Source: a virus
Virus record (IMG/VR): IMGVR_UViG_3300022074_000005
Length of the DNA: 64,000 bases
Direction: 5' to 3' (one strand)
How positions within the stretch are numbered: position 1 is the stretch's first letter; each line of letters opens with the position of its first letter. A program made the translations under genes and the position numbers. Positions 9,384 to 18,869 of the stretch are shown here, one piece after another. The notes below the pieces were generated by a model that did no database searches, was not told the DNA's origin, and saw only the letters and a list, made by a program, of their open reading frames with translations.

Positions 9384-9711
9384 TGTTTATCCTTTTCTCA
9401 ATCAAACCAGGTTTCTTTAGTGACAATCTAGTAAGATCATGTTTTTGTAATTTTTCTATTAATTCGTCTTTATACTTAGTTGCCTCTGCTAAATCTGATT
9501 GCAACTCCTTAGATAACTCATTCATTTTTGCGTTATCTTCTTGTAGTCTATTGATTGTACTTTGATTAGTTTCAGCGACAAGTTCTAGTTTTGCGTTGCT
9601 GTCTTGCAAGACTGCAATTTTATTTTGAGTGGTATCGTAGTAGTATTTCGCACCAAAGCCAATTGCACCTACGATACCAATAATTAATATAATGCCATAA
9701 ATTTTAAACAT
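9322..9711 (-). CDS. Putative i-spanin
   Basis: N-terminal TM helix followed by a long coiled coil; KPGLIEKRIN. Confidence 0.6.
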   Translation of the reverse strand: MFKIYGIILIIGIVGAIGFGAKYYYDTTQNKIAVLQDSNAKLELVAETNQSTINRLQEDNAKMNELSKELQSDLAEATKYKDELIEKLQKHDLTRLSLKKPGLIEKRINNGTKELFESFESLTGNATTN

Positions 9712-9728
9712 AAATTCTATTTGAGTGA

Positions 9729-9890
9729 TTAGTCTTTTCTATATATTGACCATACGCCCCAAGCAACTGCCGCATATGCAGCTATCTTTACGAATGGGCC
9801 TCCAAGAATTACCAACATTCCAAATGCTATTAAACTAGCACCTGACCATGATGACATTTCTTTCACTCTTCCTTTTATCCAATTAAACAT
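9729..9890 (-). CDS. Small two-TM membrane protein, holin candidate (53 aa)
   Basis: Manual translation MFNWIKGRVKEMSSWSGASLIAFGMLVILGGPFVKIAAYAAVAWGVWSIYRKD. Confidence 0.6.
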   Translation of the reverse strand: MFNWIKGRVKEMSSWSGASLIAFGMLVILGGPFVKIAAYAAVAWGVWSIYRKD

Positions 9891-9892
9891 AT

Positions 9893-10546
9893 CTATTCTC
9901 CTTTGTTTAAAAAAGTATCAGCTATTTTTTGATGACCTTTTTGAGTTGGGTGACCTGAAGAATCAAAATATTCTTGATCTTCGTAATTATTTCTGTCAAT
10001 CCAATACTTGCCTCCAATATCCTTAAACATCGGCCAACCAATAAAGTTGGTTATATGATTGTATAAAGGATGTTTGATTATTTCTTTATACAAATCAGTT
10101 GTCTTATATTTATCGTTTTCAGGTCCATAAGGATATATTAAAGCCTGCATTTGAGTTAATTTAACCCTCATTTTTTCGCATATACATTGAGTTTTATATA
10201 CGGTATGCATAAACTTATCTATAAAATGATGTGGGCCTATTTGTATAGTATGATTTGGCATAATTAAATAGTTATAGTTTGATAGATTATAATGTGTGTA
10301 ACTATTATCTTTAATTTTGTAATGGTATCTTCCAAGACCTGACCATAATATATAAACTTCATCATATACAACTATGTCTTTGTTTAACTCTTCTATAAGT
10401 CTATCTGCAATAAATTCATTACCAACTCTTCTTAAACCTAGATTAGTTGCTTTTGTTTTCTTTTCTTTTGCTATGAGATGTGGCCAAGTGACCAATTTAG
10501 AATTATACTTATCGTCTGTAAAAGAACAACCCGATGCTAGTATCAT
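9893..10546 (-). CDS. SGNH/GDSL-like hydrolase/acyltransferase
   Basis: GCSFT N-terminal block, GN, C-terminal D..GHP..KGH. Confidence 0.65.
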   Translation of the reverse strand: MILASGCSFTDDKYNSKLVTWPHLIAKEKKTKATNLGLRRVGNEFIADRLIEELNKDIVVYDEVYILWSGLGRYHYKIKDNSYTHYNLSNYNYLIMPNHTIQIGPHHFIDKFMHTVYKTQCICEKMRVKLTQMQALIYPYGPENDKYKTTDLYKEIIKHPLYNHITNFIGWPMFKDIGGKYWIDRNNYEDQEYFDSSGHPTQKGHQKIADTFLNKGE

Positions 10547-10562
10547 AATAAAACCTCATTAT

Positions 10563-11147
10563 CTATCTTGCTAATTTAAATGCGGTATCAGCCATTTTCA
10601 TAAACTGTCTTTTGTCACCATTAACCATTCTATCAATTTTACCTTTATTAGCTGTATTGACTTTATCATAAACAGCTAGTATTGCAGAAGCTGTCATTAA
10701 GTCAACTTTCATTTGACCATTTGAAAATTTTAAAGGTTTATTTTGTTTTCTCTTTACAATTTGTTTTAATACCTCTAGATTGTTTTCAACTAAATCACTC
10801 TCTCTATCAAACTCGTTTATAGATGATAATACACTTTCTTTAAAATTAGATTTTTTTAGTTGCTCTAATCTTTTTGCTCTTCTATCTGATAATCTTTGTG
10901 CATGTAATTTATATACTTTAGTTCTTGCATCAATCATCATTTTTGTTTCTTTATCTTTTCTTTTAGGTTTTCTAACAACAACCACTGAACTATCATCACC
11001 TGTTCCAGCAACAGCTGCACCTGTAGCATTTGCTGGTGCATCTTCTATTTTAATTTGTTGACCTGTGTATGGGTTTACTTCTTGAAACAATGGCTCTTTT
11101 TCAGCTCTTATTTTCTTTTCAGTAAATGACTTTCTAGTTTTTGGCAT
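10563..11147 (-). CDS. Probable head-internal protein
   Basis: EDAPANATGAAVAGTGD motif; K/E-rich. Confidence 0.55.
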   Translation of the reverse strand: MPKTRKSFTEKKIRAEKEPLFQEVNPYTGQQIKIEDAPANATGAAVAGTGDDSSVVVVRKPKRKDKETKMMIDARTKVYKLHAQRLSDRRAKRLEQLKKSNFKESVLSSINEFDRESDLVENNLEVLKQIVKRKQNKPLKFSNGQMKVDLMTASAILAVYDKVNTANKGKIDRMVNGDKRQFMKMADTAFKLAR

Positions 11148-11760
11148 CTAAATCCTCTAGAGAAACATAAATTTTCTCTTTTGTTTTTTCATGTATAACT
11201 GCAAAGATATCAACTCCTAAAACTGTATCTACTGGTGGTTCGTCTTCAAATGCTATGACTGTATCACCTTTCTTAGCAGTTAACTCTTCCTCTTCTTTAT
11301 TTAGGATATCTTGTTTCAATACATATTCACCCTTAGGTAGTATCTCTCCAAATCCTATAACTTCCTCTGATATTTCACCATCTACTTCTATGTTATTTTC
11401 TTTTAAATACTTAACGAATTCAGTTTCAAACATATCTGGGTCTGATACACTTTCTTTAAATGTATCTTTTAGTAAGAACAATGCAGCTGCATATGTACCT
11501 ACTTTTGTTCTAAGACCAGGAACTTTTTGAAATATTTTTTTGATATTGAATACTAATTTGTGTAAAATAGTATATGCGTTTTTTTCTTGAGTTTTTTCTA
11601 AGGCTACTGCTGGTATCTTTCCTCTAGATACACTATCTTTCATTATACGATTACCATCTTTATCAATGATACCAAGTTTAAACGCATCCGTTTTTTCGAA
11701 TGACGTTGTAAGTAATTTAATAAATCTGTATGTAACAAATAAGTCTATCGCTCTACCCAT
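11134..11760 (-). CDS. Conserved T4-like phage hypothetical protein
   Basis: DLFVTYRFIKLLTT.FEKTDAFKLGIID..G motif. Confidence 0.7.
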   Translation of the reverse strand: MGRAIDLFVTYRFIKLLTTSFEKTDAFKLGIIDKDGNRIMKDSVSRGKIPAVALEKTQEKNAYTILHKLVFNIKKIFQKVPGLRTKVGTYAAALFLLKDTFKESVSDPDMFETEFVKYLKENNIEVDGEISEEVIGFGEILPKGEYVLKQDILNKEEEELTAKKGDTVIAFEDEPPVDTVLGVDIFAVIHEKTKEKIYVSLEDLDAKN

Positions 11761-12122
11761 TAGATTTTCCTTAATTCTTCGAGAACAAATGGGTCATGTT
11801 TTACTTCCCCTAACTCATCCTCTTTTATCATATTTAGATAAAGTAAGAATGATTTTAGAATATGCCAATGATCTTTTTCTACTTTATATAATAATAAAGT
11901 GACAGAAGCATCTGGTCCAAAAACATTTCTTAAAACTATGAAGTGATTTAATAGAAGACGTTCTTTGAGAACATTTGTATCAACGTATTTTTTGAAAAGA
12001 CGTTTGATATACTTGAATCGTTTTAGATCATCGTAAAACTCCAACTCTCCCTCGCATTGTGGATTGTTGTAGTTTCGAATTGCGAACATAATAACATTTT
12101 CCGAGGTAATCTTCTCGTACAT
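11760..12122 (-). CDS. Conserved T4-like phage hypothetical protein
   Basis: FAIRNYNNPQC...EFYDDLKRFKYIKRL...ERLLLNH. Confidence 0.75.
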   Translation of the reverse strand: MYEKITSENVIMFAIRNYNNPQCEGELEFYDDLKRFKYIKRLFKKYVDTNVLKERLLLNHFIVLRNVFGPDASVTLLLYKVEKDHWHILKSFLLYLNMIKEDELGEVKHDPFVLEELRKI

Positions 12123-12133
12123 AATGTTAATAT

Positions 12134-12568
12134 TTATGCAATTCTAGCAGTAATCTTACAAGTATTATCCTCTTGCATCTCATAATTAAAGTTAATCGAT
12201 AGACCACCTTCTACTTTATGAGATATACCATCATCATTGATAAACTCACCAAATGGTGTGTTTTCATCTTTTCCGAATCTTCCACCGAATAAAGATAATG
12301 GTAATGAGAAATTTCCTTTTTCACCTTCCATAACAGGTGTAGCACCGAACTGTAAACCAACTCTCATAAGTTTATGTCTTATGTGAGTGATTGCTTGTTC
12401 TGGTAATTCATGTGCCACTCTAGCAATAGCTCCAACGTATGCGTTTAAAGCTCTTACTACTGATGGGTTTTCTAAAGCAGCTGGATTAATATCTGTGCCG
12501 TCAATAGATGGTGATTGTTGAGTAGTGTTTACTCCGTCCTCAGCTATGTAATTCTTAAATGACTTCAT
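12134..12568 (-). CDS. Hypothetical protein with N-terminus resembling a capsid-targeting sequence
   Basis: Starts MKSFKNYIAED. Confidence 0.65.
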   Translation of the reverse strand: MKSFKNYIAEDGVNTTQQSPSIDGTDINPAALENPSVVRALNAYVGAIARVAHELPEQAITHIRHKLMRVGLQFGATPVMEGEKGNFSLPLSLFGGRFGKDENTPFGEFINDDGISHKVEGGLSINFNYEMQEDNTCKITARIA

Positions 12569-12585
12569 TTATCTTTCCTTAATAG

Positions 12586-12612
12586 TACCTGGGGCGATAA
12601 ACGCCCCAAGTA
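12586..12612. terminator. Intergenic GC hairpin (terminator or processing site)
   Basis: tggggcg-ataaa-cgcccca; no clear U-tract. Confidence 0.45.
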
Positions 12613-12623
12613 ATTATTAAATA

Positions 12624-13100
12624 TTAGTCGTCTGATACCTCAGCAACACCAGTATCGGCAGCTGCAGCGTGTGATGCAAGAACTACCCATGCGGCACCTG
12701 TCCACATACAAGTTAATGTATCTCCAGCAGTTACGAAGTCGGCGTTTACAAATCCTAATGGAGTCGCAGGTGTCATCTCAGTTGAACCACCGTCTGTGTC
12801 GTGAACGATGATTTTGATTTGACCAACTACTGTTCCGTTAGCAAGTGTAGTTGCGTTTGTACCAGCTGTTTGTAAAAGTGTCAAAGCAGTTGATACAGAT
12901 ATCGCAGTTTGCGTACCATCTGATATATCTTCTACTGAATTTGAAAATCCAATGAAAGATGGTAAGTTGTTAATAAAGTTAGTAACACTAACTTTTTTGT
13001 TAATCGGTGTTCCACTTGGGTCATCGATTACGTGTAATAAGTCAGCACCAGCTATACCTGTTGAAAGGTCAGTTAACGCCGTTATTTTTTTATCTGCCAT
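12624..13100 (-). CDS. Virion structural protein (fibre/decoration-like)
   Basis: [11 protein letters not shown]-terminus typical of marine phage structural proteins; T/A/G-rich. Confidence 0.6.
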   Translation of the reverse strand: MADKKITALTDLSTGIAGADLLHVIDDPSGTPINKKVSVTNFINNLPSFIGFSNSVEDISDGTQTAISVSTALTLLQTAGTNATTLANGTVVGQIKIIVHDTDGGSTEMTPATPLGFVNADFVTAGDTLTCMWTGAAWVVLASHAAAADTGVAEVSDD

Positions 13101-13170
13101 TTTGGCTCTCCTTTATAAACCCCTCATGTATTTGGGGAATGTTACTTGTGGCATATACCACAATCAATAA

Positions 13171-13485
13171 TTAAGTGGTTGAAATACCAGCGTCTTTTTG
13201 CTTTTGTATTTCAAGTTCTTCTTTTGTTGGAGGTGGTCCGCCTAGACTTCCCATATCTCCTACACTTTCTGAACTTCCACTACCTTCATTATTAATTTCT
13301 TGTAGAAACATGTTACATTGTTGTTTAGCACCTTGTAGTGCGTTCAACAAAGCTAATGCTTCGATTTTTTTCTTTTCCAAATCATTGATTTGGGTCGTGA
13401 CATTTTTCACATCACTTTCTAACTTTTCAATTCTATTCTTTAGTGCATTAACACCAAGATTAGAATCTTTATTGTCTTCACTCAT
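13171..13485 (-). CDS. Coiled-coil hypothetical protein
   Basis: 104 aa with heptads; late promoter upstream. Confidence 0.6.
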   Translation of the reverse strand: MSEDNKDSNLGVNALKNRIEKLESDVKNVTTQINDLEKKKIEALALLNALQGAKQQCNMFLQEINNEGSGSSESVGDMGSLGGPPPTKEELEIQKQKDAGISTT

Positions 13486-13517
13486 TATATATCACTCCTA
13501 TATTATATAATATAATC

Positions 13518-13525
13518 TATTTATA
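13518..13525 (-). promoter_or_regulatory. T4 late promoter TATAAATA
   Basis: Exact consensus, intergenic. Confidence 0.8.
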
Positions 13526-13531
13526 TGCCTA

Positions 13532-14155
13532 TTACGAAGTTACTGTTTTACTTGCGCCAACTGTTCCAAATGCAAGCGAAGCTGCAGTTGAACCGTCTGC
13601 TGTATCAACGATTGTACCAGAGTTCAATACAATGTTTGAACCACCGATTGTTAATACGTCTGTATTACCAATACCAGCAGATGTTTTTCTAAATCTTAGT
13701 GAGTTAGCAGTTGATTCTGAAGCAAGGTAAGTTAATGTTAAGTTACCGTAACCTCCACCTGAAGCGTCATTGTTAGCAATTACAAGTGATGGTGTACCAC
13801 CTGAAGTATTAACTGTAACCTCTTCATCGTAAGTTACTTCTACATCTATTTGTGCGTTAGCATCATTAGCTGTAAAGTCAGTATTCGCTGTTGTACCAAC
13901 AATAAATCTAGTTGAAGATATTGTAGGTGCTTTTAAACCAGTAGTTGATGATGCACCTGATAAATCACCGATCGCAACCAAAACTTCTTCTTGAGCGTCT
14001 GCGTTATCGTTACCATTAGCTGCAGTACCTGCTCTTCGCACCCAACCTGATTTGTTTGCGAAAACATCTTTTTTTGCGTAATCGGAGTTAGTATCAGTTG
14101 TCAGATTTTTAGGTTTGTTATCAGTTGCGTCTGCGTCTGTTCCCCATAATCCCAT
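13532..14155 (-). CDS. Virion structural protein (Ig-like)
   Basis: MGLWG..D...GWV.R...EVLVAI N-terminus; VTYDEEVTV...GTPSL; late promoter. Confidence 0.6.
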   Translation of the reverse strand: MGLWGTDADATDNKPKNLTTDTNSDYAKKDVFANKSGWVRRAGTAANGNDNADAQEEVLVAIGDLSGASSTTGLKAPTISSTRFIVGTTANTDFTANDANAQIDVEVTYDEEVTVNTSGGTPSLVIANNDASGGGYGNLTLTYLASESTANSLRFRKTSAGIGNTDVLTIGGSNIVLNSGTIVDTADGSTAASLAFGTVGASKTVTS

Positions 14156-14197
14156 TTGATTTCTCCTTTTTTACTTATTAGTAATTTTACTTTCTAT

Positions 14198-14205
14198 TAT
14201 TTATA
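14198..14205 (-). promoter_or_regulatory. T4 late promoter TATAAATA
   Basis: Exact consensus, intergenic. Confidence 0.8.
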
Positions 14206-14206
14206 A

Positions 14207-14716
14207 CTATTTGAACCCTAATTTTTTCAGTTCTTGTATAGTTTTATTAGTGTTTGTGTGCAATATTCCTTGCCCACCAGCACTTTCCCACTCTTTTATG
14301 TTCTTTTCATAGTCATCAATCAATAGATTGTTACCCTTTGCAAAGTCCTTTTTTTGACTTCTAACAACTAAATGTATCTTCCCTCTAGGAACTTTAGTGT
14401 TTTTAGTCAACCACTTCATCTTACCCACTCTAGAGTTTTTGTCCTTACCTGCATATGCAGATAAAATATGTGGGTCATATCTAGATATAAATCTATATAA
14501 TTGTTTCCCACCAGGCATCCACTCTAGGTTTGACCAAAAGTTTTTAGTCTGATTGAGTTTTTTCCAACGCTCAGCAGAGTTCATGGTAACAAAGTTACCT
14601 CCTACCGCATCGTCAGCGCCTTTGAGAAAGTTACACAATACCTGGTCCATATCACAATAGATCGTAGGTAAATCTTCTTGCTCAGAGACAACCTGTAATT
14701 CAACCAGGTGTTTCAT
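14207..14716 (-). CDS. HAD-family 5'(3')-deoxyribonucleotidase-like protein
   Basis: IYCDMDQVL (DxD), ILS, K, LIDD...W..AGG.GI. Confidence 0.8.
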   Translation of the reverse strand: MKHLVELQVVSEQEDLPTIYCDMDQVLCNFLKGADDAVGGNFVTMNSAERWKKLNQTKNFWSNLEWMPGGKQLYRFISRYDPHILSAYAGKDKNSRVGKMKWLTKNTKVPRGKIHLVVRSQKKDFAKGNNLLIDDYEKNIKEWESAGGQGILHTNTNKTIQELKKLGFK

Positions 14717-14720
14717 TGAA

Positions 14721-15398
14721 TTATACCTTAGGGTTTATTTCAACTTTAGTAACTGGCTTACCTGTATCAGTTTTTGAAGCGTTTACTGGTTTCTTATTTG
14801 GGTTTGATCTGTTAGGACCAGAGGCATTACCCATTTTAGGTGCAGCTTGATCTCTTTTAACAGTTTGTACACCTTGATTAGATGTAGGTGTGTTTGCGCC
14901 AAAACCTTCAAATGGATTATTATTTTTAAGTTTATCATATCCATTATCCCAAACTTTAGTTAATGCTTCTCTCATTGACATATTTTTCTTAGCGATTGTT
15001 TCAACAACTTCTTTAGCTATGTCTTCTTGAGTTTCCTCTTTTTTAATAGCTTTAGATACTGCTTTTCTTCTTTTGTGTAGATATTTGTCTGAACTATCTA
15101 CATCGCCATCGTTGTCAATGTCTTTGTCTTTTCTATCAGCAAATTTTTTCTTGACAGCTTTAGGTTGAACTTTGTCCATACCTTCACCATCGTCTGATTT
15201 GTCGTTAGTGTTGTCTTCTTTATATGCTTCTGTTTCGTATTGTCTACCATTAACTGAAAAGAATTTTTTACCATTCTCTCTTGCAGCCATAAGTGCTTTT
15301 GTAAACTTGTTACCTTCTTTAGCAACAGTTTCGCCGAAAATCTTTTTAATCTTATCTTCGAGACTTTCGGGCATCGTATCAAAATATTTTTTTGTCAT
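14721..15398 (-). CDS. Probable head-internal protein
   Basis: K/D/E-rich; DIDNDGDVDSSDKYL loop. Confidence 0.55.
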   Translation of the reverse strand: MTKKYFDTMPESLEDKIKKIFGETVAKEGNKFTKALMAARENGKKFFSVNGRQYETEAYKEDNTNDKSDDGEGMDKVQPKAVKKKFADRKDKDIDNDGDVDSSDKYLHKRRKAVSKAIKKEETQEDIAKEVVETIAKKNMSMREALTKVWDNGYDKLKNNNPFEGFGANTPTSNQGVQTVKRDQAAPKMGNASGPNRSNPNKKPVNASKTDTGKPVTKVEINPKV

Positions 15399-15402
15399 TG
15401 TT

Positions 15403-16956
15403 TTACCTTCCTTTTAATGCGTTTAGTAAGTCTCTGTAAGATTTTTCTATCTTAGTCTGAAACGCTAGTTTTTCTGCAGGTCTTCTAAAACCTGCGTGTT
15501 TTAATACTGCCGCTCTTGCGATAGTATCTTTTACTTTCACTTTTTTACCATCATCGAATACTACATCAAATCGACCCTTTAAGTCAATTGATTTTCTTAA
15601 TTGCATAATAATATTTTTGTTTGCACCTTCTTCATCGTCTTGGTCCATATCGTATTTTGATCTTCTACCTTCACCCATTTTAACACCAGTTGGTGACTTT
15701 TTACTTTCATCTGTATGTTTACCAAGTTCTTTTTTCTTTTGTGCAACTAAACCTATTTTATTTAAAACAATATTCTTTTTAGAAAACTCTGGTTCGTCAA
15801 AACCTTTTGCCATTTCTTTTTTAACTTTTTCTTGTATTTCTTCTTTTTGTGCCATTTCTGTATCATCACTTGGCACACCTTTAATTCTTTGTCTTAAATC
15901 TGCTTTGAAATCTGTAGGTAATACTCTTTCAACTGATATTAAATCATCTGGTTTTCTCAACATTTTTCTTATCTTTTGTTTTACTTTACCAGCTGACTCT
16001 GCATCGATGTATATTGCACCTGGTATTCCCATTAATTTTACTGCAAACTTAGCTTCGTTTATGTTTTCTTCTTTTAATTTGTTGTAATTTTTGTTAAGAT
16101 AATCTTGAGCAACTTTCATGTTTGATGTTTTGAAAGCTGACTTTTCATTTTTATCTAATACATCATAGACCATTTTACCATTTTTTTTATCTCTGTACAT
16201 AGAGACATAAGGATTAATACCTTCGTCTAGTGCTTTCTGTAAATCTTTTGCTTGTCCAGCATGAGCACCACTTGCTTTTTTAAGTTTAGCAACTACTGCT
16301 TTTACTAAAGAAGTATCTTTGTCATCAAGTTTCTCACCCATTAACTTATCATGATTTGCTTTTGCGTATGCTATTGCATCTTCTTTTTTATCAAATAATT
16401 TTACTTCGTTACCATCTTTGTCAAACACACAAAACTTATCTGGGTTTCTTTTACTTTTTGCAACGTGTTTAGCAGGGTCCATATCCATATCTTTTGAATT
16501 TTTTAACATCTTGATATCCATTGGCATATCTTTTGGATTTACTATGTTACTTAAATTTTTATCAAACAAATAATCAACAACAGTTGTTAAATCTTTTACA
16601 TCACCTGACATAACATATCCATTTGATTTTTTAGTTGCTTTTACTTTACTACCAACTTTTTTCATGATATCTGTTATGTGTTTGTTTACTTGAGGTTTCT
16701 TAACATCAATTGTAATTACTGCTTTCTTTTCATCTAAAGTTGCTCTAGCAACTTCGATATCAAAGTTTTCATTTTTCTCTTTGTCATCTAGATAAGCTGC
16801 GATTGCCATCTTTTGTATCTTCTTATCTGACTTACCTTTAAACTGTGGAGCATCTGATTTTTTAAAGTCTTTTACATATGCACCTGCACCATCAGAAGCT
16901 TTTAACTTCTCTCGTATGTTTCTATAGGTTTCTGCCATGTTAGTTATATGTCTCAT
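15403..16956 (-). CDS. Probable head-internal protein (modular)
   Basis: 517 aa, K-rich; KSDAPQFKGKS..K..KMAIAA module; many (I/L)xE sites. Confidence 0.55.
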   Translation of the reverse strand: MRHITNMAETYRNIREKLKASDGAGAYVKDFKKSDAPQFKGKSDKKIQKMAIAAYLDDKEKNENFDIEVARATLDEKKAVITIDVKKPQVNKHITDIMKKVGSKVKATKKSNGYVMSGDVKDLTTVVDYLFDKNLSNIVNPKDMPMDIKMLKNSKDMDMDPAKHVAKSKRNPDKFCVFDKDGNEVKLFDKKEDAIAYAKANHDKLMGEKLDDKDTSLVKAVVAKLKKASGAHAGQAKDLQKALDEGINPYVSMYRDKKNGKMVYDVLDKNEKSAFKTSNMKVAQDYLNKNYNKLKEENINEAKFAVKLMGIPGAIYIDAESAGKVKQKIRKMLRKPDDLISVERVLPTDFKADLRQRIKGVPSDDTEMAQKEEIQEKVKKEMAKGFDEPEFSKKNIVLNKIGLVAQKKKELGKHTDESKKSPTGVKMGEGRRSKYDMDQDDEEGANKNIIMQLRKSIDLKGRFDVVFDDGKKVKVKDTIARAAVLKHAGFRRPAEKLAFQTKIEKSYRDLLNALKGR

Positions 16957-18278
16957 TATGCTCCTACGTGTGATTCACCTGAACTTAAATCTGTATTATT
17001 AGTTGTTGATGCACCTTTTGGCTCCATTAAATCATATAAGTGTCTTATGACTTGACCAAATGTACCGTTTGCAGTTTGAAAAGGTGTCTCTGAGGAACCA
17101 GTATTATTTGCTTTTGTTAAATCAAAATCTACTGAACCTGGTGTTGTTGTTATTGTTGACTCTACAAAACCTGAAGATGCAGCGTCACCAAAACTTAATG
17201 TACCTGAACCATCTGTTTTAATTACTTGACCATCACTACCATCTGCTGTTGGAATATTAAATGTTGTTCCACCAGATTTAATTATTAATTTAGAACCATC
17301 TGATTTGATTGACTCGTTAGTATCAACAAATCTTAATTCTTGACTTGATGCCATTGTTAGTGTTGATGCCAAATCTACTGCACCATCAATATCAACAACA
17401 TCTAAATTAGCTGTACCATCAACATCTATATCACCTGATACATCTAAAGATGTTGCATCAACTTCACCTGCAACTGTTACCACACCACTTGCAAGTGTTA
17501 TTAAATCTGTATCTGAAGTATGACCTATTGTAGTGCCATTAACAATTACGTTATCTACTGTTAAAGTTGTTAGTGTTCCTAAACTTGTAATATTTGTTTG
17601 AGCTGCAGTTTGTATTGTACCAGTAACATCACCTGTTAAGTTACCTTCGAATGTTGTTGCTACTACTGTTCCAGCAGTACCAGAAAATACCTCAGTATTG
17701 TTAGTCGCATCAGGTATAAATGTAAACTTACCTGTGCTGTCATCAAATCCAAAGAAACCAACTTTAGCAGCTGAACCTGTGTGATATCTAAATTCTATAC
17801 CTCTGTCTTTGTTGTCGTCTGAACCTGGTGCAGAGTCACCACCTAATGTAAAGATAGGGTCATCAACAGTTGTTGTTGTACTGTTGACTGTAGTTGTTGT
17901 TCCGTTGACTGTTAAGTTACCTGTGACTGTTAAGTTACCACCAATTGCATCAATAGAAGATTCCATTAATGTGACTAATTGATCTAAAGTTGCTCTACCC
18001 TCAGAACCACCATCTGATACTAAAAACTTATCACCAGTTGTTAGTGTAGCACTTTCTAAATTTGTTGCACCGTCAATGTTTATTACTGCCTCTACAGCAC
18101 CAAATTCTAAAGCAGAAGCACCTGAGTTTACTTTTAAAACCTGACCTGCTGAACCAATAGATAAAGAAGCCCCTAGACCTCCATGTGTCAAACCTATGAA
18201 TTCACCTGATTGGAATTCTGCTAGACCTGTTGCATTGCCTGATGTGAATACTGTTCTTATTGGTGTTTTTACGCTCAT
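16956..18278 (-). CDS. Tail fibre-like virion protein
   Basis: GNLTVTGNLTVNGTTTTVNS, DRGIEF, PTADGSDGQVIKTDGSGTLSF fibre motifs. Confidence 0.75.
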   Translation of the reverse strand: MSVKTPIRTVFTSGNATGLAEFQSGEFIGLTHGGLGASLSIGSAGQVLKVNSGASALEFGAVEAVINIDGATNLESATLTTGDKFLVSDGGSEGRATLDQLVTLMESSIDAIGGNLTVTGNLTVNGTTTTVNSTTTTVDDPIFTLGGDSAPGSDDNKDRGIEFRYHTGSAAKVGFFGFDDSTGKFTFIPDATNNTEVFSGTAGTVVATTFEGNLTGDVTGTIQTAAQTNITSLGTLTTLTVDNVIVNGTTIGHTSDTDLITLASGVVTVAGEVDATSLDVSGDIDVDGTANLDVVDIDGAVDLASTLTMASSQELRFVDTNESIKSDGSKLIIKSGGTTFNIPTADGSDGQVIKTDGSGTLSFGDAASSGFVESTITTTPGSVDFDLTKANNTGSSETPFQTANGTFGQVIRHLYDLMEPKGASTTNNTDLSSGESHVGA

Positions 18279-18302
18279 ATACTTATTTATCCTCTCTCTA
18301 AC

Positions 18303-18869
18303 CTAAAACTCAAATATAGTTGTTCCTATTACTGTTGATATTGCACTACCATCGGCCTTTGTAAAGTCAGAAAATGTTATTTGTCTCTCTTTACTTGCCC
18401 TAAAATTAAATGTTTTTGCGGCTGTTCCTAATCCACCAGACGCAGTAAATAACGGTACTCTTCTTATTGGATTACCTGTTACAGAATCAGCTGTTGCTAA
18501 TACGTTACCTGTTGCATCTTTTGAACCCTCTGGTAACGTCACACCTGTACTTGATATCGTTACAGTACCAGTACCATCTGAGGATATAGTTGAACCACCT
18601 AGATTTATTGTATCACCTGATAAGAATAAGTCTGCCCATCTTTTAGATGCACTTCCCAAACTTCTAGTATTGTTAGCATCAGGTATAATATCTTGAGCTA
18701 CAGCTGATAAGTCAACACCAGCAGAACCTAATTCCACAATTGTGCCAGAATTATTAACAAATACTTTTTGTTGTGTAGGATTAATACCTACTTCACCACT
18801 TTCTAAATCACTTGTAGTTGGATTACCTGAACTTGCTGTAAATTTTTTAAGTTTTATTTTTAATGACAT
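18303..18869 (-). CDS. Tail fibre-associated virion protein
   Basis: IKLKK...PTTSDLESGEVGIN; IIPDANNTRSLGSASKRWADLFL. Confidence 0.65.
   Translation of the reverse strand: MSLKIKLKKFTASSGNPTTSDLESGEVGINPTQQKVFVNNSGTIVELGSAGVDLSAVAQDIIPDANNTRSLGSASKRWADLFLSGDTINLGGSTISSDGTGTVTISSTGVTLPEGSKDATGNVLATADSVTGNPIRRVPLFTASGGLGTAAKTFNFRASKERQITFSDFTKADGSAISTVIGTTIFEF

Noticed and set aside
13146-13163. Hairpin ttgtgg-catata-ccacaa as a terminator
   Set aside because: Short stem and no U-tract on the coding strand
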